Assembly (NCBI GenBank): GCA_005879405.1
Contig: VBKW01000189.1
Span: 1 to 44,828, forward strand
Length of the DNA: 44,828 nucleotides
Source: Deltaproteobacteria bacterium
GTDB lineage: Bacteria > Desulfobacterota > Binatia > UTPRO1
Reading direction: 5' to 3'
Part shown: positions 7,899-15,279 of the stretch, piece after piece
How positions within the stretch are numbered: the stretch's first letter is position 1
Layout of the letters: each line of letters opens with the position of its first letter
Program-made: the position numbers and the translations under genes
Notes under the pieces: model-generated
What the model was told of the DNA's origin: nothing
Database searches by the model: none
The model's input: only the letters and a program-made list of their open reading frames with translations

Positions 7899-10339
7899 TC
7901 GGAGCGCCGATCTTCGTGTACCACGACGTCGTCGCTGGTCCCGAGGCGCTCGCCGGGGTCGCGCCGGCGCATCGGCCGTACGTGCTGACGCGCGCCCAAC
8001 TCTCCGCGCACCTGGAGGCGCTCGCTTCGGCCGACCTGGGCGATGCGCGGCCGACGGCGAGCACCATCACCGAGCTGCTCGACGACCCGATCGACGGCCG
8101 ATTCGTGCTGTCGTTCGACGACGGTCACGAGAGCGCGTACTCGCGAATCTTGCCGCTGCTCGCCGAGCGTCGCTGGCGCGCGACGTTCTTCGTCGTCGCC
8201 GGCTGGATCGGCGGGCGCGAGGCGCTCAGCTGGGCGCAGCTGCGTGCGTTGGCAGATGCGGGCATGGAGATCGGCAGCCATTCGCTCACGCATCCGTTCG
8301 TGCACGAGCTCTCCGCGGCGGACATTCGCCGCGAGTTCGGCGAGTCCAAGCGCATGCTCGAGGATGGAATCGGGCGCGCCGTCACGGTGGCGTCGCTACC
8401 GCGCGGCAGCAACGCGCCCGGAACCGATCGGATCGTCGCCGAGCTCGGCTACCGCGCGTTCTGCACCAGCGAGCCCGGCCTCGTCGGCCGCGGCACGGAC
8501 CCGTTCGACGCATCGCCTCACGCTCGCCAGGCTGCGCTCCTCGTATGTCGTGAAGCGCTTCGCGAAGGGCCTGATCGGAGTCGAGCGCTGGCGTCGCGTC
8601 CGTGGCGCGGTGATCGCGAGAACCGGCGCCGGCGGCGCGATCGTGAACGCGGCGCAGGTGAACGGTCGGTGGGAGAGCAGGCGATGAAGGTCCTCTTGAT
8701 CGGTCTCGACGGCATGACCTTCGACGTCGCGCGCCCGCTCATGGACGCCGGCAAGATGCCGACCCTCGCCGCGCTCGAGCGCCGCGGCGTGTGCGCGACG
8801 CTGCTGTCGACGTATCCGCCGATCTCCGCTCCGGCGTGGGTGACGTTCCTGACGGGCAACAATCCGGGACGTCACGGAATCTTCAATTTTCAGAACCTCG
8901 ATCTGTCACGCTACTCGAGTTTCAGCGAGACGCTGGTGAACTCGAGCTATTTCCGCGGCAAGACCCTGCTCGATCACGCCGGGGCGGAGGGAAAACGCAT
9001 CCTCGCGTATCGGATTCCGCTCACGTATCCGGCATGGTCGATCAACGGGCTGCTCGTCTCCGGGCCGCCGACGCCGGATCGCAAGCGCGCCTACGCGATG
9101 CCGGCCGAGCGCGCCGCCGAGCTGCCGGAGATGACGTTGCTGTCGCACGACGAGCTCGCCCGCGCCAAGAAGGCGGGCGACATTGCCGCGATCGACGCCT
9201 GCAACGCCTACGAGTTGAAGGTGATGGACGAGGTCACGCGCCGCGCGATCGACGACGGCACCGACGTGATCGTCACCTTCACCGGCATTCCCGATGGCCT
9301 GCATCATTCCTTCTGGCACCTGCACGATTCGAGCTCACCGCTGCACGATGTGTCGGCATCGGCGCACGACAAGGACGTCATCCGGCGTTGGTACTGCGAG
9401 ATCGATCGCATGATCGGCGGCTGGCTCGCCGGGCTCGGCGACGAGTGGGCGGTGATCGTGCTCTCCGATCATGGCGGTGGTCCGGCGCCGACGCGCTACC
9501 TGAACGTCAACCACGTGCTCGCGCAGCACGGGTATCTGAAGCCGACGAGCGCCGCGCGCGCGCGAGTCGCGAGGCTGGTCAGCCGGCAGATGAACGCGCT
9601 GCGCCGCCGCGTGCCCGGCAAGGTGTGGCTGAAGAACCATCTCCCCGCCGCCCTGAAGTCGCAGGTGCGCCAGCTGCGCAACGGCACCGGCCGGATCGAC
9701 TGGAGCGCGACACGCGCCTACGCCGTGCCGATCTTCTTCCCGGTGACCGGCATCAACCTCAACGTCCGGGGACGGCAGCCGCAGGGCACCGTCGCGCCGG
9801 GTGCGGAGTACGAGCGCGTCCGGGCGGAGATCATGAGGCTCGCGGCCGAACTTCGGGATTCGGCGAGCGGCGCGCCGCTCTGTCGGCAGGTGCTGCGCAA
9901 GGAGGACGTCCTCGCCGGACCGCACCTCGACAACGTGCCGGACATCCTCCTCGTCACCGCCGACGGAATCGACGGCGGACACGACGTCGATCGGCTGCTC
10001 GCGGACGTGCCGCTCGACGCGCTTCGCAACGTCAGCGGCTCGCACGCGATGGAAGGCATTTTCTTCGCCGTCGGAACCCCGTTCCGCGCCGGCGTCCGCC
10101 TCGCGCCGGTCGGTCTCGACGACATGCTCCCGACGGCGCTCCACCTCGCGGGCGTCGCCATTCCGGAGGGGATCGACGGCGCCGTGCTTGCCGAGGCGCT
10201 CGCGCCCGAGTACGCGGCGGTGCACCCCGTGCAGACGACGGGTATGCGCGCGGGCGGCGGCGAAGACGGCGACGCGCTCTCCGCCGGTGAAGAGCACGAG
10301 ATGCGGAAGTTCCTCCAAGACCTCGGGTACATCGAGTGA
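7895..10339 (+). CDS. as encoded, one ORF joining a NodB polysaccharide deacetylase domain (N-terminal) to AlkP/COG3379 paralog 2 (C-terminal); probably two genes joined by a 1-nt frameshift near 8510
   Basis: N-terminal part: FDDGHESAYSRILPLLAERRWRATFFVVAGW...MEIGSHSLTHP. C-terminal part, from ATG 8684: MKVLLIGLDGMTFD, STYPPISAPAWVTFLTGNNPGRHGIFNF, LSDHGGG, GSHAMEGIF, ending ...EEHEMRKFLQDLGYIE. The linker is Arg-rich junk-like sequence (RGDRENRRRRRDRERGAGER). Confidence 0.75.
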   Translation: MIGAPIFVYHDVVAGPEALAGVAPAHRPYVLTRAQLSAHLEALASADLGDARPTASTITELLDDPIDGRFVLSFDDGHESAYSRILPLLAERRWRATFFVVAGWIGGREALSWAQLRALADAGMEIGSHSLTHPFVHELSAADIRREFGESKRMLEDGIGRAVTVASLPRGSNAPGTDRIVAELGYRAFCTSEPGLVGRGTDPFDASPHARQAALLVCREALREGPDRSRALASRPWRGDRENRRRRRDRERGAGERSVGEQAMKVLLIGLDGMTFDVARPLMDAGKMPTLAALERRGVCATLLSTYPPISAPAWVTFLTGNNPGRHGIFNFQNLDLSRYSSFSETLVNSSYFRGKTLLDHAGAEGKRILAYRIPLTYPAWSINGLLVSGPPTPDRKRAYAMPAERAAELPEMTLLSHDELARAKKAGDIAAIDACNAYELKVMDEVTRRAIDDGTDVIVTFTGIPDGLHHSFWHLHDSSSPLHDVSASAHDKDVIRRWYCEIDRMIGGWLAGLGDEWAVIVLSDHGGGPAPTRYLNVNHVLAQHGYLKPTSAARARVARLVSRQMNALRRRVPGKVWLKNHLPAALKSQVRQLRNGTGRIDWSATRAYAVPIFFPVTGINLNVRGRQPQGTVAPGAEYERVRAEIMRLAAELRDSASGAPLCRQVLRKEDVLAGPHLDNVPDILLVTADGIDGGHDVDRLLADVPLDALRNVSGSHAMEGIFFAVGTPFRAGVRLAPVGLDDMLPTALHLAGVAIPEGIDGAVLAEALAPEYAAVHPVQTTGMRAGGGEDGDALSAGEEHEMRKFLQDLGYIE

Positions 10340-10343
10340 GCCG

Positions 10344-11393
10344 ATGGCGTCCAGCGCCTTGAACGGACTGCGTGTCGCCAGCAAGCTCGCGGCGCACCAT
10401 CTCGGCGTCCTCGCCGTCCTGCGCCGGCTGCGGCGTCGCGAGCGCAGCCTGATTCTTCGCTACCACGCGGTGGCACCCGACGAGGCGCCGTTTCCGGCGT
10501 ATGCGGGTCCGGACATCACGATTCCGCGCGGGTTGTTCGCCGCCCAGATGCGTTTCTTGCGACGCGCGTACGTCCCGGTGCCGCTGGCCGAGATCGTCGA
10601 TGCGCTCGATCGCGGCGCGGCGCCGCCGGCGGGAACGGTCGCGATCACGCTCGACGACGGGTATGCCGACAACTATCACCAGGCGTTCCCGGTGCTGCGC
10701 GCGCTGGGTCTCCCCGCGACGGTGTACGTCGTGACCGAGACGCTCGACGACGGGCCGGCGTTGTGGACGGCCGAGCTGCGTGCCGCGATCATGGCCACGC
10801 GGGCGCGGACGCTGCGTGTGGAGATCGCCGGCCGCTATGAGTTTCCGCTCGGCGCCGCGCGCGAGCGCCAGGAGACGATCAAAGAGCTCACGAACGTCCT
10901 CGTCCCGGTCGAGGCGGCGCTCAGGCGTCGCATTCTCGCGACGATTTGCCACGAGCTCGCCGTGAACGGCGACGGCGATCTCGCGCACACGATGCTCACC
11001 TCGTCGCAGATCCGGGAGATGCACGCGGGCGGCATCACGATCGGCGCCCATACGGAGACCCACAGCAACATGACGCTCATCTCGCCCGAGCAGGCGCGAA
11101 GCGAGATCGCCGGATCGCGCGACCGCCTCGAAGCGCTACTCGGAACGCCGGTCCGGGACTTCGCGTACCCGAACACGGGCGGCCGGTATCCGCACTGCAA
11201 CGAGAGCGTCGCGGACATCATCCGTCAGCTCGGCTTCCGCTCGGCGGTGACGTCGCAGCCTGGGATCATCGCGGCGGCGACGAATCCGTTCTTGCTGCCA
11301 CGCATCGGGATCGCGCCGCGACTCTATCGCGAGGCGGCGCTCGCGGTGACGCTCGAGCGCTACCGGCTGTTCGCCGAGGCGCGCGCATCATGA
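10344..11393 (+). CDS. polysaccharide deacetylase (NodB homology domain)
   Basis: LILRYHAV, ITLDDGYADNYHQAFPVLRALGLPATVYVVT, GITIGAHTETHSNMT. ATG at 10344 lies just after the upstream stop; the track ORF from 10188 is an off-frame extension. Confidence 0.85.
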   Translation: MASSALNGLRVASKLAAHHLGVLAVLRRLRRRERSLILRYHAVAPDEAPFPAYAGPDITIPRGLFAAQMRFLRRAYVPVPLAEIVDALDRGAAPPAGTVAITLDDGYADNYHQAFPVLRALGLPATVYVVTETLDDGPALWTAELRAAIMATRARTLRVEIAGRYEFPLGAARERQETIKELTNVLVPVEAALRRRILATICHELAVNGDGDLAHTMLTSSQIREMHAGGITIGAHTETHSNMTLISPEQARSEIAGSRDRLEALLGTPVRDFAYPNTGGRYPHCNESVADIIRQLGFRSAVTSQPGIIAAATNPFLLPRIGIAPRLYREAALAVTLERYRLFAEARAS

Positions 11394-11418
11394 TCGACCG
11401 GTACGGGAGCGTCCGCTG

Positions 11419-13380
11419 ATGTGCGGGATCGTCGGCGTGTGGCGCGGCGCCAGCGGCGCACCGGTCGCGGAGGAGACGGTCCGCCGGATGTGCGATGCGA
11501 TCGTGCACCGCGGGCCCGATGACGAGGGTCTCTTCGTCGACGGTACGTTCGGCATGGGGATGCGCCGGCTCAGCATCAACGATCTCGCGGGCGGTCACCA
11601 GCCGCTCGCGAACGAGGACGGCTCGGTGCTCGTCGTCTGCAACGGCGAGATCTACAACTCGCCCGAGCTCCGTCGCGATCTCGAGGCGCGCGGCCATCGC
11701 GTGCCGTCGCACTCGGACGTCGCCGTGATTCCGCACCTCTACGAAGAGCACGGCGAGAGCTTCGTCGCGTCGCTCGACGGCATGTTCGCACTCGCATTGT
11801 GGGATCGCCGCCGGCGGCGCCTCGTGCTCGCGCGCGACCGCCTCGGGATCAAGCCGCTGTACGTCGCCGCGCACCGCGGCGCGCTCGCCTTCGCCTCCGA
11901 GCTGAGCGCGCTCGCCGCCGACGGTTGGTGCGAGGCGCTCGATTTCACGAGCGTCCATCACTACCTCGGCCTGGGGTACGTGCCGGGTCCCGGCAGCATC
12001 TTCGCCGGCGTCCGCAAGCTCGAGCCCGCGACACAGCTGACGGTCGACGAGGGTCGGGATCCGGTCGCGCGCCGTTACTGGAATCTCCGCTTCGATCCGG
12101 CGCCGCGCACGCGCAGCGACGACGAGTACGCCGACGACGTCTTGACGGCGCTGCGCGCCGCCGTGAAGAGCCACCTGCTCTCGGACGTGCCGGTCGGCGT
12201 ATTCCTCTCGGGCGGCGTCGACTCGAGCGGCCTGGTCGCGCTGATGAGCGAGATCGCCGGGCAACGGATCCAGACGTTCTCGATCGGCTTCGAGGAGAAG
12301 ACGTTCGACGAGCTCGAGCTCGCGCGCGCGGTCGCGCGTCGCTACGGGACCGATCACCACGAGCTGGTGGTCCGTCCGGACGCGGTGCAGGTGCTGCCGG
12401 CGCTGGTGCGTCATTTCGGCGAGCCGTTCGCCGACTCCTCGGCCGTGCCGGTCTACTACGTCTCGGAGCTCGCCAGCCGCAACGTCAAGGTCGTGCTCTC
12501 GGGCGAGGGCAGCGACGAGGTGTTCGCCGGCTACGAGACGTATCTCGCCGGCAAGTACGCGGCGCTGTACCGCCGTCTCCCCGACGTGATCGGCCGCACG
12601 CTCGTGCCGGCGCTGGTCGACCGCTTGCCGGTCTCGCATGCGCGCGTCAGCTTCGATTACAAGGCGAAGCGTTTCGTTCGCGGCGCGTACCTGCCGCTCC
12701 CGGACGGCCATTTCTGGTGGAAGGTCGTGCTGTCAGAAGCCGTGCAGGCCGAGCTCTGCTGCGGCCCGGCGCGCAACGGCGCCCTCGACACCGCGACGCT
12801 CTTCCGCGAGGCCGCCGCCCGCGCCGGCAGCGACGACTGGCTCGCCCGGCTGCAGGCGATCGACGCGCACGTCTACTTGCCGGACGACATCCTCACCAAG
12901 GCCGATCGGATGAGCATGGCGCACTCGCTCGAGGCGCGCGTGCCGTACCTCGACCGCGCCGTCGTCGAGCTGGCGGCGCGGTTGCCGAGCGGCGTGAAGC
13001 TGCGGCGGTTCAACAAGAAATACGTCTTGAAGCACGCGCTCCGGCGGCACGTGCCGGCCGAGATCCTGCGGGCGAAGAAGCGCGGCTTCAACGTGCCCGT
13101 AGCGTCCTGGCTGCGCGGCGAGCTCTGCGAGATGCTCCACGACATGCTCGCGCCGGCGGCCCTGCGGCGCGTCGGACTGTTCGAGCCCGCGTACGTCGAA
13201 CGATTGATTCGCGAGCACGTCGGCATGCGGTTCGATCACAGCCGACCGCTCTGGACCTTGCTGATATTCATGATTTGGCACGAGCAATGGGAGCAGGCGC
13301 GCACGAACGCGCGGCCCACGACGCCCGCGCTCGGGCCCTCGCCCGTCGCGATCGGCGAGGATGCGCACCGTTTGAGCTGA
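11419..13380 (+). CDS. asnB: asparagine synthase (glutamine-hydrolysing) family amidotransferase, EPS-locus type
   Basis: N-terminus is MCGIVGV (Ntn Cys nucleophile). The PP-loop is FLSGGVDSS. The length of 653 aa fits the family. Confidence 0.9.
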   Translation: MCGIVGVWRGASGAPVAEETVRRMCDAIVHRGPDDEGLFVDGTFGMGMRRLSINDLAGGHQPLANEDGSVLVVCNGEIYNSPELRRDLEARGHRVPSHSDVAVIPHLYEEHGESFVASLDGMFALALWDRRRRRLVLARDRLGIKPLYVAAHRGALAFASELSALAADGWCEALDFTSVHHYLGLGYVPGPGSIFAGVRKLEPATQLTVDEGRDPVARRYWNLRFDPAPRTRSDDEYADDVLTALRAAVKSHLLSDVPVGVFLSGGVDSSGLVALMSEIAGQRIQTFSIGFEEKTFDELELARAVARRYGTDHHELVVRPDAVQVLPALVRHFGEPFADSSAVPVYYVSELASRNVKVVLSGEGSDEVFAGYETYLAGKYAALYRRLPDVIGRTLVPALVDRLPVSHARVSFDYKAKRFVRGAYLPLPDGHFWWKVVLSEAVQAELCCGPARNGALDTATLFREAAARAGSDDWLARLQAIDAHVYLPDDILTKADRMSMAHSLEARVPYLDRAVVELAARLPSGVKLRRFNKKYVLKHALRRHVPAEILRAKKRGFNVPVASWLRGELCEMLHDMLAPAALRRVGLFEPAYVERLIREHVGMRFDHSRPLWTLLIFMIWHEQWEQARTNARPTTPALGPSPVAIGEDAHRLS

Positions 13381-13386
13381 GGAGCC

Positions 13387-15279
13387 ATGAGCTTGCAGAG
13401 CCACGTCGGCGTTCCCGTGAACGCGCGCCCACTCGCAACGGCCAGCCCGCCCGCCGCGGCAAAGGTCGAATGGGAGCTCGTCACGGTCGGGGGCGCCACC
13501 CCGATCTGGCAGCGCGTGCTCTCGGTCATCGGGCTCGTGCTGCTATCGCCGCTGATTCTGCTCATCGGGCTCGCGACGAAATCGACGAGCCCGGGGCCGA
13601 TTCTCTACCGCGGTCGGCGCGTCGGTCGCGGTGGCAAGAACTTCACGATCTACAAGTTTCGCACGCTCGAAGTCGGCGCCGAGCAGAAGATCGGCGCGCG
13701 CCTGCTCGAGCACGGTGACGGACTGTACACGCGCATCGGCCGCTACTTGAAACGCGCCAAGCTGGACGAGATCCCGCAGCTGTTCAACGTCATTCGCGGC
13801 GAGATGAACCTCACGGGGCCGCGGCCGGTTCGACCGATTTTCCTCGAGACGTTCTGCCGCGAGATCCCCGGCTACATGCGCCGCTTCGCGGTCAACCCGG
13901 GCATGACGGGGCTCGCGCAGGTGCGCGGCGGCTACTTCACCCACCCGCGGGACAAGCTCCGCTACGATCTCCTCTACATCCGCAACCGCTCGTGGTGGCT
14001 GGACGTCCGTCTGGTGACCTTGACCTTCATCAAGGTGCTGAACCGGTGGGCGACGCTCGGGCTCGTGCTGACGTTGCTGTTCCTGTCCGCTGCGTTGCTT
14101 CCCGGAGTTTTCCACTATCCTTTCCAGCTCGACCTCGGCAGTTTCAAGCTGAGCCCGTTCGAGATGCTGGTCGCGGTGATGGCTGCATGGCTCGTGGTGC
14201 AGCGCTCGCCGCGTGACGAGCTCTGCGTCTACGACACCGCGGTCAACCGGCCGATGGGTGTCTTCGTCGGCTTCGCGGGCTTGGCGGCGCTCTTCTCTCC
14301 CGAGCCGACGGCGGCGCTGCAGGGCGTCTCGTACTACGTCGCGACCGGCTTCTCGCTGACGTTCCTGATCGTCAACGCGCGGCTCACGCAGCGCGAGGCG
14401 AATCTGGTCGCGAACGTCGTCGGGCTATCGGCGGTCTCGGTATGCCTGATCGGTCTCCTCCAGATCGGTCTCGACAACCAGCTCGGGGTGCACGACGCGC
14501 CGCGAATGTCGTCGACGCTCGGCAATCCCGTGCTGCTGGCGACGTACCTCGTCCTCGGACTGCCCTTCCTGCTGACGCAGCTGCTCCACAGCCGCTCGCG
14601 CGAGCAGCGCGACATCTGGGTGGGGTGCGCGACGATCGCGCTGATCGGCGTGTTCCTCACCCACACCCGCATGGGGCTCGTCGCCTTGGTCGTCACGTTG
14701 AGCGTATTCCTCTGGAAGACCTCGCATCGCTACATCGGCATCTGCGCGGTGGCGTTGATGATGGTGATGGGGGTCATGCTCGCGGGCCGGCAGATGCGCC
14801 TCTCGGTTCCCGAGGTGGCCGTGGAAGCCGCGCGGCGCGGGGAGATCGCGGAGCACGTGCTGTCGGCACCGCCCACCCAGCTGCTGCTCGGCGTCGGCAG
14901 CACGCGCCGGCTCGCGATGTCGCCGATTCCGGAGCAGGACGCGCGCTGGATCTCGACCAGCATGCACCTGACGCTCATCCGCCAGAACGGCATCGTCGGC
15001 TGGGCGCTGATGCTGTGGATCTTCACGGCGGCGCTGATCGCGCTCTACCGCGGGTACGGGCGCATCCACGATCCGCACATGCGCCGCATCGTGTGGGCGA
15101 TCTTCAGCTCGCTCGTCGGATTTCTCATCTCGATGACGGACGCCAACGTCTTCTTCAACGTCACGATCCAAATCTACGTCTGGGGTATGATCGGCGTCGG
15201 GATCGGGATCATCACCCACTTGAGCGGCCGCCGGCCGACGTTTCACGTCGTCTGGCGTTTCGGGGAGCACGGGGATTGA
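13387..15279 (+). CDS. fusion protein: bacterial sugar transferase (initiating polyprenyl-phosphate glycosyl-1-phosphate transferase) + Wzy_C/O-antigen-ligase-like polytopic domain
   Basis: N-terminal ~215 aa: SPGPILYRGRRVGRGGKNFTIYKFRTL, DEIPQLFNVIRGEMNLTGPRP, GMTGLAQV, DLLYIRNRSWWLDVRL. The C-terminal ~400 aa has about 10 TM segments, including FLTHTRMGLVALVVTLSVFLW. Confidence 0.8.
   Translation: MSLQSHVGVPVNARPLATASPPAAAKVEWELVTVGGATPIWQRVLSVIGLVLLSPLILLIGLATKSTSPGPILYRGRRVGRGGKNFTIYKFRTLEVGAEQKIGARLLEHGDGLYTRIGRYLKRAKLDEIPQLFNVIRGEMNLTGPRPVRPIFLETFCREIPGYMRRFAVNPGMTGLAQVRGGYFTHPRDKLRYDLLYIRNRSWWLDVRLVTLTFIKVLNRWATLGLVLTLLFLSAALLPGVFHYPFQLDLGSFKLSPFEMLVAVMAAWLVVQRSPRDELCVYDTAVNRPMGVFVGFAGLAALFSPEPTAALQGVSYYVATGFSLTFLIVNARLTQREANLVANVVGLSAVSVCLIGLLQIGLDNQLGVHDAPRMSSTLGNPVLLATYLVLGLPFLLTQLLHSRSREQRDIWVGCATIALIGVFLTHTRMGLVALVVTLSVFLWKTSHRYIGICAVALMMVMGVMLAGRQMRLSVPEVAVEAARRGEIAEHVLSAPPTQLLLGVGSTRRLAMSPIPEQDARWISTSMHLTLIRQNGIVGWALMLWIFTAALIALYRGYGRIHDPHMRRIVWAIFSSLVGFLISMTDANVFFNVTIQIYVWGMIGVGIGIITHLSGRRPTFHVVWRFGEHGD

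Noticed and set aside
14442-15275. N-terminal extensions of track ORFs: 14442 for the sulfatase-fold gene, 30078 for GT4, 34494 for the PPIase, 38875 for the ABC ATPase, 20655 for the methyltransferase, 10188, 18231, 33353, 34072 and 35791.
   Set aside because: The extended parts run through the 3' ends of upstream genes in another frame and are Arg-rich. Internal starts that overlap the upstream stop codon (ATGA/GTGA/TTGA) or carry an SD explain the data better.
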